A stretch of 64,000 bases of DNA from an uncultured Verrucomicrobiota bacterium (GCA_964489425.1 CAZAYP010000004.1:24956-88955), one strand, 5' to 3'; positions 38,248 to 48,806 are shown, counted from the stretch's first letter. A program made the numbers and translations. The notes: generated by a model not told the origin, from the sequence alone.

Positions 38248-38591
38248 GCCCCGCTCCTTGCTAAACACCACGTTGCGTACTGCTTAAAATCGATATGCTG
38301 CTCAAGATGATCAATATACCCAAAAGGGAGGCTAAAGTTAAAATTGCAGGACCACTTTTTCATGAGATCAATACTACTCTTAAAATCGGCCAAAACTCAG
38401 CTAAATCAAGTAATTCGCCGATCTATAGACTAAAAGGTGCTTGTTCCCTGTATTTCTCACGACCAACCATCGCCATCAGCATAGCCGGCGGCCCGGGGGA
38501 AAAATGCCCCAAAGTCGTTATTTTGAAATATCTTATTTAACTGTTCAACAACAGGTTGTGGAACGGCATCTGCACTTTCGCTTCAACCGAC

Positions 38592-40208
38592 TCAGTGCCT
38601 GAAGTGACGGGTGCCGATGAAGGCCATGGCGATCCCGAACTTGTCGCAAGCGGCAATAACCTCCTCGTCCCGCTTGGACCCGCCCGGCTGGACAATGTAT
38701 CGAATGCCGGCTTGCGCAGCGCCCTCGATATTGTCGGCAAACGGGAAAAAAGCGTCTGAGACCAGCACACTCTCGCCCAGCAGACGGGCGGCAAACTCTA
38801 CAGGCGTCACCCCGTATTCCGTCTTGTAGAGCGCCTCGATGTTTTCGCGCGCCTTGGCCAACGCGAGCCGCTTGACCGAATCCACCCGGTTGGGTTGCCC
38901 GGCACCCATACCCAGCAAGGCGAAGCAGCTCGGTTTGTATTCGCGCACGATCGCTATCGCATTGGACTTGATGTGCTTACAAGCTTTGACACCAAACTCA
39001 GCGAGGGCTTTTTTCCCCTCAGGGAACACCGCCGCCGTGGGGGATATCCATTGCTCCATCAAGGTAAGGTCCCGGTCTTGAACCAGCCACCCGCCGTGGA
39101 TCGGCCGGATTTCATCACGCGACCGCGCCGGCAGGAACGGACACCGCAGCTTGAGCAGGCGGATATCCTTGCTTTTTGCCTTCAGGAATTCGAGCGCATC
39201 AGGCAGAAAATCCGGGGCGATCAGCGCTTCGACAAAGCGGCCTTTCATCAGGCAAGCGGTAGCAAGATCAACGGGGACAGTTACCGCGATCACGCTGCCA
39301 AAGGCGGATACCGGATCGCCCTGCCACGCGGCCTCGAACGCGGCGGCCAGCGTATCACCCATGGCAAACCCGCAAGGATTGGAATGTTTGACGATGGCCA
39401 CGCCCGGCGACCCGACCAGTTCGCGCACCGACTCCACGGCTGCGTCGCCGTCAAGATAGTTGTTGTAGGACATTTCCTTGCCATGCAGCAGTTCGGCATC
39501 TGCAATGCAGGCCTCGTCGATGACCGGGTCCAGGTGCAGGCGGCCGGCCTGGTGCGGGTTTTCGCCGTAACGCAGAGGGATTGCGGGTTGTGCGGAAATG
39601 ACGAGCGGCACCTCTGCCTTATCCCCGGACCAGCCAGCCAAATGCCGGGCAATGGCGGCATCATACAGCGCGGTGCGCGCAAATGCCTTTTGGGCCAGTT
39701 CCAGGCGCAACTCCGGGCCAACTTGTCCGTTGCCGGCGCGCAGGGCATCCAGGACCTGCAGGTAGTCGGCCGGGTCGCAGACCACGACCACATCCGCGTG
39801 GTTTTTGGCTGCCGCGCGCAGCAGGGCCGGCCCGCCAACGTCAATGTTTTCGACGATTTCCTGGCGCGCAGCGCCCGCTTGGGCCGCCACGCGCTCAAAG
39901 GGGTACAGGTTGACGCATACGAGGTCGATCGGTGCGCAGTCGAGCTCACGGACTTGCTCCCGATGCCGTGGGTCGGCGCGCCGGAACAGCAGGCCGGCGT
40001 AGATTTTCGGGTGCAGGGTTTTAACACGGCCATCCAGGATTTCCGGGAACCCGGTCAGGTCGGACACCTCGCGCACGGCCAGCCCCGCGGCGCGCAGGGC
40101 GGCCGCGGTGCCACCGGTGGAAATCAGCTCAAAGCCCAGGCCGGCGAGACCGCGGGCAAAGTCCGTTACGCCGGCCTTGTCCCAAACACTGAGGAGCGCG
40201 CGCATCAT
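38592..40208 (-). CDS. purH: Bifunctional AICAR transformylase / IMP cyclohydrolase
   Basis: 538 aa. N-terminal MGS-like IMP cyclohydrolase domain (ALLSVWDKAG), C-terminal AICARFT domain. 1-nt overlap (TAATG) with tyrS. Confidence 0.95.
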   Translation of the reverse strand: MMRALLSVWDKAGVTDFARGLAGLGFELISTGGTAAALRAAGLAVREVSDLTGFPEILDGRVKTLHPKIYAGLLFRRADPRHREQVRELDCAPIDLVCVNLYPFERVAAQAGAARQEIVENIDVGGPALLRAAAKNHADVVVVCDPADYLQVLDALRAGNGQVGPELRLELAQKAFARTALYDAAIARHLAGWSGDKAEVPLVISAQPAIPLRYGENPHQAGRLHLDPVIDEACIADAELLHGKEMSYNNYLDGDAAVESVRELVGSPGVAIVKHSNPCGFAMGDTLAAAFEAAWQGDPVSAFGSVIAVTVPVDLATACLMKGRFVEALIAPDFLPDALEFLKAKSKDIRLLKLRCPFLPARSRDEIRPIHGGWLVQDRDLTLMEQWISPTAAVFPEGKKALAEFGVKACKHIKSNAIAIVREYKPSCFALLGMGAGQPNRVDSVKRLALAKARENIEALYKTEYGVTPVEFAARLLGESVLVSDAFFPFADNIEGAAQAGIRYIVQPGGSKRDEEVIAACDKFGIAMAFIGTRHFRH

Positions 40209-41434
40209 TACTCCAGCTTGACGCGCGCAAACCCGCGCTTGCCCACGCGCAGGATCTGTGGCTGGTCCAAGATGACCATGGCTTGGGGATCAATGATTTT
40301 TTCCTCGGCCAACCGCACCCCGCCCTGCTGCACGAGGCGCCGGGCCGCGGCGTTGCTTTCGGCCAGGCCCGCCGCCATGATCAGCTTGACGATGTTGACC
40401 CGGCCGTCCACAAGCTGCGCGCGGGGCACAGCGCAGTCCGGCACGTTGTCCGGCAACTGGTCCTTGGAAAAGATCCGTGCGAACTCCTCGACCGCGGCGG
40501 CGGCAGCGGGCTCGTCATGGAACATGGCCACGACGCGCCGGGCCAGGTCTTCCTTCACCGCGCGCGGGTGGCGGGCGCCGGCAACGACTTCCTGGCGCAA
40601 GGCTTGGATCTGGGCGTCCGGCCAGCGCAGGATCAGCGAGAAATAGCGCCACATCAGGTCGTCACTGACCGACATGGCCTTGCCGAAAATCTCGCGGGCC
40701 GGCTCGCTGACGCCGATGTAGTTGCCCAGGCTCTTGCTCATCTTGTGGACCCCGTCCAGGCCCTCGAGCAGCGGCAGGGTCATCACGATCTGGGGCGGTT
40801 GGCCCATGACTTTCTGGAGTTCGCGGCCCAGCAGCAGGTTGAACAACTGGTCCGTGCCGCCCAGTTCCACGTCGGCCTGGATCATGACCGAGTCATAGGC
40901 TTGGATCAACGGGTAGAGAAACTCCACCAGCGAGATCGGCTGGTTGGCAGCGTAGCGCTTGGCGAAGTCGTCGCGCGCCAGCATCTGGGCCACGGTGACG
41001 TGGGCGGCCAGGCGGATGACGTCCCGGAAATGCAGGGGCGAACACCACTCGGAATTGAAACGCACCTCGGTCTGTTCGCGTTTCAGGATCTTGAACACCT
41101 GGTCCTGGTAGCTGCGCGCGTTTTCCTGCACTTTTTCGGGCGAGAGCGCCGGCCGGGTCTGGGACCGGCCGGACGGATCGCCGATCATGCCGGTGAAATC
41201 GCCGATAATGAACACGACGGTGTGGCCGAACTCCTGGAACTCGCGCAGCTTGTTGAGGCCCACGACATGGCCCAAGTGGATGTCCGGGGCAGAGGGATCC
41301 GCCCCGTACTTCACGCGCAGCGGCCGGTTTTCCCTGGCCGCCTGCTCCAACCGCGCCGCCAGTTCCGCACGCGTGTGCAAGTCCACCACGCGGGCTGTCA
41401 GACATTCCAGTTGCTGCTCTAGTTTCGCATTCAT
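40208..41434 (-). CDS. tyrS: Tyrosine--tRNA ligase
   Basis: HIGH motif (PDIHLGHVVGL), KMSKS, C-terminal S4 domain. Start at MNAKLEQQ. Confidence 0.9.
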   Translation of the reverse strand: MNAKLEQQLECLTARVVDLHTRAELAARLEQAARENRPLRVKYGADPSAPDIHLGHVVGLNKLREFQEFGHTVVFIIGDFTGMIGDPSGRSQTRPALSPEKVQENARSYQDQVFKILKREQTEVRFNSEWCSPLHFRDVIRLAAHVTVAQMLARDDFAKRYAANQPISLVEFLYPLIQAYDSVMIQADVELGGTDQLFNLLLGRELQKVMGQPPQIVMTLPLLEGLDGVHKMSKSLGNYIGVSEPAREIFGKAMSVSDDLMWRYFSLILRWPDAQIQALRQEVVAGARHPRAVKEDLARRVVAMFHDEPAAAAAVEEFARIFSKDQLPDNVPDCAVPRAQLVDGRVNIVKLIMAAGLAESNAAARRLVQQGGVRLAEEKIIDPQAMVILDQPQILRVGKRGFARVKLE

Positions 41435-41529
41435 TTCCTGCACCTTTCGCCGTTCAATGTTCACATGGCAAGGCGCTGAGCAGGCTTCCGCCCGTCAGCG
41501 CCTCGCGCCATAGCCACCGGCGTCGCCGG

Positions 41530-43293
41530 TTAACCGCCGGGATGCCATTCCTCCTGGGGTTTCTTCTCCACGCCCGTGCTCATGGCCTGATCAAAGGCGC
41601 CGGCCAGGTCGATGAGCGACTCGCCGGGCTGCAGGCCGGTAAGCATGTCTTCGCTGACCTTGAACTCTTCTTCCGTCATGGTGGCCGCCTTCATGCTCAG
41701 GCCGATCCGCCGCTCCACGGGATCGATTTTCACGATCCGGGCCTCGACGTCCTGGCCCACGGCGAGCTTATCGCGCACGTTCTGCACGCGCTCGTCGCTG
41801 ATCTGGCTGATGTGCACCAAGCCGTCCACGCCCTGTTCCAGTTCCACGAACGCGCCAAAGGACGTCAGCTTGTTGACCTTGCCCTTGACGACCTGGCCCA
41901 CATGGAACTTGGCCACAATGCCGGCCCAGGGATCCTGCTGCGCCTGCTTGAGGCCCAGGCTGATCCGCTGGTTCTGAGCATCCACTTCCAAGACCACGCA
42001 CTCGACCTCGTCGCTCTTCTTGAGGATCTCGGAGGGGTGATTGACCTTGGTGGTCCAGGACAGGTCGGAAATGTGGATCATGCCATCCACGCCTTCCTGC
42101 AGTTCCACGAACGCGCCATAGGACGTGAAGTTCCGCACGCGGCCCTTGATCCGCGAGCCAATGGGGTAATGGTCCGCCACCAGGCTCCAGGGATTGACCT
42201 CGGTCTGCCGGATGCCGAGGGAGATTTTGCGCTCTTCCTCGTTGATGTTGAGCACCACGGCGTCGATGGTTTCGCCCACGGTCAGCACATCCGAGGCCTT
42301 GGCAATCCGCTTGGTCCAGGAAATCTCGGAGACATGCACCAGGCCTTCCACGCCTTCCTCGATCTCCACGAAGGCGCCGTACGGCATCAGGTTCACCACC
42401 CGGCCATGCACGCGGCTGCCAATGGGATACTTCTCGGAGATGTTCTCCCAGGGATTGCTGGACTTCTGCTTCAGGCCCAGCGAAATGCGCTCTTTTTCAA
42501 GGTTCACATCGAGGATGACCACGTCGAGCTCCTGGCCGACGCTGACCATCTCGGACGGATGATTGATCCGGCCCCAGCTCATATCGGTGATATGCAGCAG
42601 GCCGTCCATGCCGTTCAAGTCGATGAACGCGCCAAAGTCGGTGATGTTCTTCACGTAGCCGTGACGAATCTGGCCGACCTGGATTTCGGTTAGCAGGGCT
42701 TTCTTCTGCTCGCGGCGCTGGTCTTCCAGCATCTCGCGGCGCGACAACACGATGTTTTTGCGCTCTTTGTTGATCTTGAGGATCTTGAATTGCAGCTTGG
42801 TGTTCAGGAAGTCATCGATGTTCTTGACCGGGACGACGTCGAGCTGCGATCCGGGCAGGAACGCATCCACGCCGACATCCACGATCAGGCCGCCTTTGAC
42901 CTTCATTTTGACCAGGCCTTCGATCACGCCGCCCTCGGTGAACTGGCTGAGGACGTTATCCCAATTGCGTTGTTCCTCGGCCTTGACCTTGCTGAGGATG
43001 ACCATGCCTTCGTCATCTTCCAGTTTTTCGAGGAGGATTTCGACGACATCGCCGGGCTTGACCGACTCGATATCCTTGAATTCCTCGGCCGGAATCAGGC
43101 CTTCGGATTTGTAGCCAATATCTACCAGCACGGCAGCGGGCCGCACTTCCAATACCTTGCCCTGGATGATGGAACCCTCGTTGAAATCCTTGAGGGTGTT
43201 CTCATACATGGCGGCCATGGCAGCCTGTTCGTTGCTTTCGGTGACCGGCTTTTTCGCTTCGCCGCGCTCTTTCTTCTTCTTCTGTTGTTCCAT
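41530..43293 (-). CDS. rpsA: 30S ribosomal protein S1
   Basis: 587 aa with six S1 repeats (GxV....GaFV....g..GlvHiSe). Confidence 0.95.
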   Translation of the reverse strand: MEQQKKKKERGEAKKPVTESNEQAAMAAMYENTLKDFNEGSIIQGKVLEVRPAAVLVDIGYKSEGLIPAEEFKDIESVKPGDVVEILLEKLEDDEGMVILSKVKAEEQRNWDNVLSQFTEGGVIEGLVKMKVKGGLIVDVGVDAFLPGSQLDVVPVKNIDDFLNTKLQFKILKINKERKNIVLSRREMLEDQRREQKKALLTEIQVGQIRHGYVKNITDFGAFIDLNGMDGLLHITDMSWGRINHPSEMVSVGQELDVVILDVNLEKERISLGLKQKSSNPWENISEKYPIGSRVHGRVVNLMPYGAFVEIEEGVEGLVHVSEISWTKRIAKASDVLTVGETIDAVVLNINEEERKISLGIRQTEVNPWSLVADHYPIGSRIKGRVRNFTSYGAFVELQEGVDGMIHISDLSWTTKVNHPSEILKKSDEVECVVLEVDAQNQRISLGLKQAQQDPWAGIVAKFHVGQVVKGKVNKLTSFGAFVELEQGVDGLVHISQISDERVQNVRDKLAVGQDVEARIVKIDPVERRIGLSMKAATMTEEEFKVSEDMLTGLQPGESLIDLAGAFDQAMSTGVEKKPQEEWHPGG

Positions 43294-43548
43294 GATCTAT
43301 CTGCTATCGGTTACGGGCATTTTATTTCTTGGCCACCCAGGATGGGTCAGCCTTCCACCGGAAGCAGCCCCCTCGCTTCCGGTAAAAGGCCATACGTTTA
43401 GCAGAGCGACCCGGCGGTTACAATGACAATCCGCATTTTTTGCGTCTTTTTTGCATTTGGCTTGATTTCATCCGGCGAAACAACTAAGCGGCTATGCCGT
43501 AGGCGATTGATTTTAAAGAATCATGGCTTGGACCATGGGAGATACACG

Positions 43549-44769
43549 ATGAATTATTTCGTCCACGCGAGCTGGCTGCTGTTGGCCGGAGTTCTTTCCG
43601 CCGCCGGGGTCACCATTCAATACAACTATGACATGGCCGGCCGCCTGGTCGAAGCGCGCTATGACCAGCTGAAAACCATCAGCTACCAGTACGATGCCGC
43701 GGGCAACCTGCTGGAACGCCGGGTCGACACCCCAGCGACGAACTATTATACCATCACCACCTTGACCAACGGCCCCGGGACGATCGTGCCCGGCAACCCC
43801 CAGGTCATGGAGAATGCGGACCAGACCCTGGTTATGACCCCTGCGGCGGGCTACCGCGTGGAGGATGTGCTGGTCAATGGACAATCGGTGGGCATGGTGA
43901 CGTCGTACACGTTTTACGCGGTCGCCAGCAATCAAACCCTGGCCGCCTATTTCGGCGCCGAGCCCGTGGGGTGCAACTACCCACTGGAACCGTCGTCAGC
44001 CATCTTTGGCGCTGATGGCGGAACAGGAACCGTCACGCTGATGACCGGTGAATCGTGCGCCTGGGCGATCACGAATGCCAACCCCTGGATAGCCATCACG
44101 TCGGATAGCAGCGGCACCGGCCCAACCCATATCCGCTACCTGGTGGCCTCGAACAGCGCGGCGGAAAGCCGGACGGGGCTGGTCTACGTGGCCACGAACC
44201 GGTTCCAGCTATCCCAATCCGGCACCGCCCCGGTCCAGCCAGGGCAGGTATCCTGCGTGTTGTACCCGCCCGGCGCGCGCACCGATGGAGCCCTGTGGCG
44301 CATGACCACGGGCGTTGACACCAACTGGCAAGCCAGCGGGGCCGTGGTGTCCAACGTGGCGCCGGGCGTCACGGTTGTGGCGTTCAACAGCCCGGCCGGC
44401 TGGCAGGCGCCCGCGAACCAGTCGGTCACGGTGATAAGCGGCCAGCAGACCAACCTGGCGGCCACCTACACTTGCCAGGTTACGCTCGCCGCCCCCTCGG
44501 CCGAGTATGCTTACATCTCCGCCACCGGACAGGTGAGCGTCATCGCGGGCACCGAATGCGCGTGGACGGCCCAAGTGACGTCCGGCGACGATTGGATCAC
44601 CCTGCTGGGCGTGGGCGGCGGGAAAGTCAACTTTGCGATCACGGAAAACGCCGGCCTGGGCACCAGGATGGGCACGATTGCCGTGGAAGCCAACGTGTTC
44701 ACGGTGCGCCAGCGCGCGCAACGCGACGTGAACGTTGTTCCCTACAGCTTCCTGCTGCTCATGGATTGA
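43549..44769 (+). CDS. Secreted protein with N-terminal YD repeats, an InlB-type B-repeat-like module and BACON-like domains
   Basis: Start at MNYFVHASWLLLAG (signal). YNYDMAGRLVEARYD and YQYDAAGNLLERR are YD-repeat motifs. GCNYPLEPSSAIFGADGGTGTVTL...CAWAITNANPWIAIT matches the BACON pattern (C..W spacing). Confidence 0.5.
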   Translation: MNYFVHASWLLLAGVLSAAGVTIQYNYDMAGRLVEARYDQLKTISYQYDAAGNLLERRVDTPATNYYTITTLTNGPGTIVPGNPQVMENADQTLVMTPAAGYRVEDVLVNGQSVGMVTSYTFYAVASNQTLAAYFGAEPVGCNYPLEPSSAIFGADGGTGTVTLMTGESCAWAITNANPWIAITSDSSGTGPTHIRYLVASNSAAESRTGLVYVATNRFQLSQSGTAPVQPGQVSCVLYPPGARTDGALWRMTTGVDTNWQASGAVVSNVAPGVTVVAFNSPAGWQAPANQSVTVISGQQTNLAATYTCQVTLAAPSAEYAYISATGQVSVIAGTECAWTAQVTSGDDWITLLGVGGGKVNFAITENAGLGTRMGTIAVEANVFTVRQRAQRDVNVVPYSFLLLMD

Positions 44770-44817
44770 CGCCCCTTGGCCGGGGCGCCCGAACACCCGC
44801 GACCTTGGCGCGTTGAA

Positions 44818-46518
44818 TCAACCCGGCTCTTCGGGCCGGGTGGTATCGATGGCGTAGAGATAACGCTTGATCTTGGCCGTGGAGGTTTTCTCGAATTCCT
44901 CAAAGCGCACCTGGATGCGCCGTGGCCACTTGTAATCCGAGAGCTGCTTGCACTGGCGCTTCACCTCTTTGCGGACCAGATCTTCGATGTCGCGGTCGGC
45001 CAGCTTGAGGTGGTGCTGGCGGGCATGCTGATCAATGGCCTCCTGGTTGGGCACCACGATGACCCCGACCCGCTCCCCCACCCGTTCGCCCGGCGCACGG
45101 TACCCCAGCACCAGTGATTCGAGGATGAACGGGCTCTTGGACAGCTGGTATTCGACCTCCTCGGGATAAATATTCTTCCCCTCGCGGTTGACGATCAGGC
45201 TCTTGCAGCGGCCGCTGATGGTCACAAAGCCATCAGCGTCGATGGCGGCCAGGTCACCGGTATGCAGCCAGCCGTCACGGATGACCTCGGCGGTGGCGTC
45301 CGGATTGTTGTAATAGCCCAGCATGACGTTGGGACCGCGCACCAGCAACTCGCCCACCCCCAGCTCGTTGGGATTAGCAATTTTCAGCTCCACATCCGGC
45401 AGCGCCTTGCCCACCGCCCCCGGCTTGTTGAGTTCCATGGGGTTCAGGCACACCACGGGCGAGGCCTCGGTCAACCCATACCCTTCGCGGACCGGAATGC
45501 CGAATTTTTCCCACCCATGAATGATTGCCGGGTCGCACGGCGCGCCGCCGCTGACCATCAACCGCAGGCGGCCGCCCAATTTTTTTAGCAACCCGCGCCC
45601 CACGACGCGCGCGCCGCCGCACTTGACCAGCGCGAACGCCAGGGGCTTTTTCTTCAGCCCGGCCATGATCTTGTAATACATTTTTTCGAGCAGCAACGGC
45701 ACCACCATCATCACGCTGGGCTGGACCTCGGCCATGTTTTCGCCGATGGTTTTCAGGCTCTCCACCAGGGCAATCTCGGCGCCCACCCGCATGGGCACCA
45801 GCAGGGTCGAGGTGAACGCGAACGAGTGGTGCAGCGGCAGGATGAGCAGGAACCGGTCTTCCGCCGTGAGGATCGGCATGGCTTTCAGGGCGCTATCCAC
45901 GTTGGCGATAAAGTTGCCGTGCGAGATCATGGCACCCTTCTGGCGGCCCGTGGTCCCGGAGGTGTAGATCAGGGAGGCGATGTCATGGTCGGCCGGGGTG
46001 TGCCGGTCGTAGGCGCGGCCGGGCCGGTTGATGGCGGCAGCCTGGGCGGCCAGGGAGCTTTCATAATCAAAGTATTGGATGCGCCGGCGGCCGGCCACGG
46101 GCGCCGGAGCCTGCCCGCCGATCAGGAAAATGTACTCCAATTTCTTGAGCGGATCTTCGATGTAGCTCAGCAGCGGATAGCTGGCCACTCCGGCAAACAG
46201 GGCGCGGGCGCCGGAATCCGCGAGGATATGGGCCACCTCCTGCTCCTTGAGCTTGGCATCGATCGGCACGGCCACGGCGCCGAACGCGACCATGCCGTAA
46301 TAGATTTCGGGCCATTCCGGCGAATTTTCGCGGAACAGGGCCACGCGGTCGCCCGGCCGGACACCATGGGCGTGAAGCAACTCGGCCACCTGGGCGGCGC
46401 GATCCTGCAGTTCGCGGTAGGTGCGGGTAAGCCACGCACCCTGCGACTTGAACCGCAACGCGATTGACTCGCTCCGCCTGGCCACGGTTTCGGCCAGCGC
46501 CGTCTTGATGTTCATCAA
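44818..46518 (-). CDS. Long-chain-fatty-acid--CoA ligase (AMP-dependent synthetase/ligase)
   Basis: AMP-binding motif IYTSGTTGRQKG, core YGLTE, A8/A10 regions. 566 aa. Confidence 0.9.
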   Translation of the reverse strand: MMNIKTALAETVARRSESIALRFKSQGAWLTRTYRELQDRAAQVAELLHAHGVRPGDRVALFRENSPEWPEIYYGMVAFGAVAVPIDAKLKEQEVAHILADSGARALFAGVASYPLLSYIEDPLKKLEYIFLIGGQAPAPVAGRRRIQYFDYESSLAAQAAAINRPGRAYDRHTPADHDIASLIYTSGTTGRQKGAMISHGNFIANVDSALKAMPILTAEDRFLLILPLHHSFAFTSTLLVPMRVGAEIALVESLKTIGENMAEVQPSVMMVVPLLLEKMYYKIMAGLKKKPLAFALVKCGGARVVGRGLLKKLGGRLRLMVSGGAPCDPAIIHGWEKFGIPVREGYGLTEASPVVCLNPMELNKPGAVGKALPDVELKIANPNELGVGELLVRGPNVMLGYYNNPDATAEVIRDGWLHTGDLAAIDADGFVTISGRCKSLIVNREGKNIYPEEVEYQLSKSPFILESLVLGYRAPGERVGERVGVIVVPNQEAIDQHARQHHLKLADRDIEDLVRKEVKRQCKQLSDYKWPRRIQVRFEEFEKTSTAKIKRYLYAIDTTRPEEPG

Positions 46519-46667
46519 TCAGCTCCCAACAGTTCGGCGGCACCCGCCCGCCGGGTATTTACGAAACCCGTCTTTGAAGGTATTATTATTACTTGATGAT
46601 CAGAGATCAAGAGCAGGCTATGAGGGAGTCGTAATACGGCCATAAGCCGTGCACCAAGGATACGCCG

Positions 46668-48806
46668 ATGAACAAGCTATTTGCCGTGGCTATGGTTGTG
46701 TCGATGCTCGCCGCAGTTGCCGTTGCCGCGCCGCAACCTTTGCTGAAGTTTGAGGCTGATGACACCCTGGAAGAACTGCAATTCAAAATTGCCATGAACG
46801 GGTTTGACTTCGAGGTCGCCCACAACAAGATTTTCGACATGCCCGCGGATCAGAAAGCGCTGTTCCTGTCGCGCCGGGCGCCCAGCGTCCCGGCCGCGGA
46901 CACGGACCAGGCCTACGACATCGGCCCGCTGGCCGATTACCTGGGCCGCAAGATGCTGCCCACCGCGTTCTGCTGGACCAACGTCAGTGGGCACACGTAT
47001 ATCGGGCCGGTCCGTGACCAGGGCGGCTGCGGGTCATGCTACTCGTTCGGCGCCAACGCCGCGGCGGAAGGCACCTACAACTATGCCATGGGCTTGTACG
47101 ACGGGAACTGCGTGGATTTCTCCGAGTCCTTCATTATCTGGTGCCTGGGCAGCATCGCGCCCTACTCCAGCCACTTTTCCGGGTGCGACGGCGCGGACTA
47201 TGACTATGCCGAGCTGGACGCTCTCTGCGAAACCGGTGTGTGCTACGAGTCCAGCTTCCCTTACGTGGAAACCGATCCCGGCGCCTGCACCCACTGGGGC
47301 GATCCCAAGGTAAAAATGAGCGCCTGGTACCGGGTGCCCTGCGGCGACATCGAGGCCATCAAGACCGCCATCATGACCTACGGCGTGGTGGACGCCGCCG
47401 TCAACGTGGATTCCGGGTTTGAGGCGTATTCCAGCGGCATCTATAACAATACGGCAACCAACTGCGACGCGTCACCGTGTTATTACAAGCCCACCAACCA
47501 TGCCATTTCGCTGATCGGCTGGAACGATAATGGCGGTAACGGGTACTGGATCCTGCGCAACAGTTGGGGCGACACCTGGGGCGAAGACGGCTACATGCGC
47601 ATCAGCTACCGCGCGGCCGTGGTATCCTGCGAGGTGTGCTACTTCGTCTACACCCCCGCGACCACCCTGAACGCGCCCACCGGGCTGAGCGTCACGGCGG
47701 TCTCCGGCACCGGGTTCACCGCCAACTGGCACCAGGTGACCAACGCCACCGGGTACCAACTGGATGTGGCCACCAACAGCGCGTTCAGCGAGGGTGCGGG
47801 GGGCACCATCCTAACGGAAGACTTTGCCCTGTTTACACGTTCCAACAGCAGCACGGACGTCAGCGCCAGTCTTGATTCCTACACGCATACATCCGGGTGG
47901 ACTGGCGCCAAGATTTACGAAAACGTGGGCACGGCCAAGATGGGATCCTCATCGGCCCAGGGATATATCACCACCCCCACAGTCAACCTCTCGGCGCAGG
48001 GCGGGGCGGCCACGCTGCAGTTTGACTTGGGGAAATACGGTACGGATGCCAACCTGGTGCAGGTAATGCATGCTGCGGACGGCAGCACCTTCGTACAAGT
48101 TGGCGAGGATCTGACCCCTCCAGCGTCTATGGCGCAGCAAACGCTTGCGATCACGAACGGCACCGCGGCCTCCAAGGTGCGCGTTCAGGCCAAAGGCACT
48201 TCCAGCAACCGGTTCTACCTGGACAATTTCACGCTGAGCCAGGCAACCAGCGGCGACGCCTACGTGCCCGGATACCGCAGCCGCAGCGTCGGCGGCAGCG
48301 CCACGATCACTTGCGCGGTAACGGGCCTGACTTACCAAACCGCCTACTACTTCCGCGTGCGCGCCACCAACGTAACGCAGGTCAGTTCCAATTCCGTGGT
48401 CACCAATGCCACCACCAGCGCCAGCGGCACCATCCCCACGGATTGGACGGTCCACTACTTCGGCACTACCAACAACCCCTCGGCCGCGCCGACCAATGAT
48501 CCGGACCATGACGGCCTGCCGAATATCGACGAGTATGTCATGGACACGGATCCGACCAACCTCAGCGTGGCCACGCCCCATTTCCAAGTGGGCAGCGGGC
48601 CGGCGGCCAATGCCTACGACATCTCGTTCCTCGCCTCCACGGCCCGGTATTACACGATCCAATACCGGACCAACCTGGTCTGGGACGCCTGGCACGATCT
48701 GCTGGCCAACGTGCGCGGCACCAACAACACCGTCACCATGGTGGACACGAACTACCCGCGGGAACTGGAACGCTACTACCGCATCCGCATCCGCGCGGAC
48801 CCATAA
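46668..48806 (+). CDS. Secreted papain-family (C1A) cysteine peptidase with I29-like propeptide, FN3-like and C-terminal beta domains
   Basis: Signal peptide. Cathepsin-propeptide-like helix region. Catalytic Cys motif QGGCGSCYSFGA, His in NHAISLIGW, NSWG. Downstream GLSVTAVSGTGFTANWHQVTNATGYQLD is FN3-like. Confidence 0.85.
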   Translation: MNKLFAVAMVVSMLAAVAVAAPQPLLKFEADDTLEELQFKIAMNGFDFEVAHNKIFDMPADQKALFLSRRAPSVPAADTDQAYDIGPLADYLGRKMLPTAFCWTNVSGHTYIGPVRDQGGCGSCYSFGANAAAEGTYNYAMGLYDGNCVDFSESFIIWCLGSIAPYSSHFSGCDGADYDYAELDALCETGVCYESSFPYVETDPGACTHWGDPKVKMSAWYRVPCGDIEAIKTAIMTYGVVDAAVNVDSGFEAYSSGIYNNTATNCDASPCYYKPTNHAISLIGWNDNGGNGYWILRNSWGDTWGEDGYMRISYRAAVVSCEVCYFVYTPATTLNAPTGLSVTAVSGTGFTANWHQVTNATGYQLDVATNSAFSEGAGGTILTEDFALFTRSNSSTDVSASLDSYTHTSGWTGAKIYENVGTAKMGSSSAQGYITTPTVNLSAQGGAATLQFDLGKYGTDANLVQVMHAADGSTFVQVGEDLTPPASMAQQTLAITNGTAASKVRVQAKGTSSNRFYLDNFTLSQATSGDAYVPGYRSRSVGGSATITCAVTGLTYQTAYYFRVRATNVTQVSSNSVVTNATTSASGTIPTDWTVHYFGTTNNPSAAPTNDPDHDGLPNIDEYVMDTDPTNLSVATPHFQVGSGPAANAYDISFLASTARYYTIQYRTNLVWDAWHDLLANVRGTNNTVTMVDTNYPRELERYYRIRIRADP

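Noticed and set aside
38295-38540. 81-aa ORF in the AT-rich leader of the giant gene
   Set aside because: No RBS, and a Lys/Ile/Asn-skewed composition that simply reflects AT-rich DNA. More likely a non-coding regulatory region.
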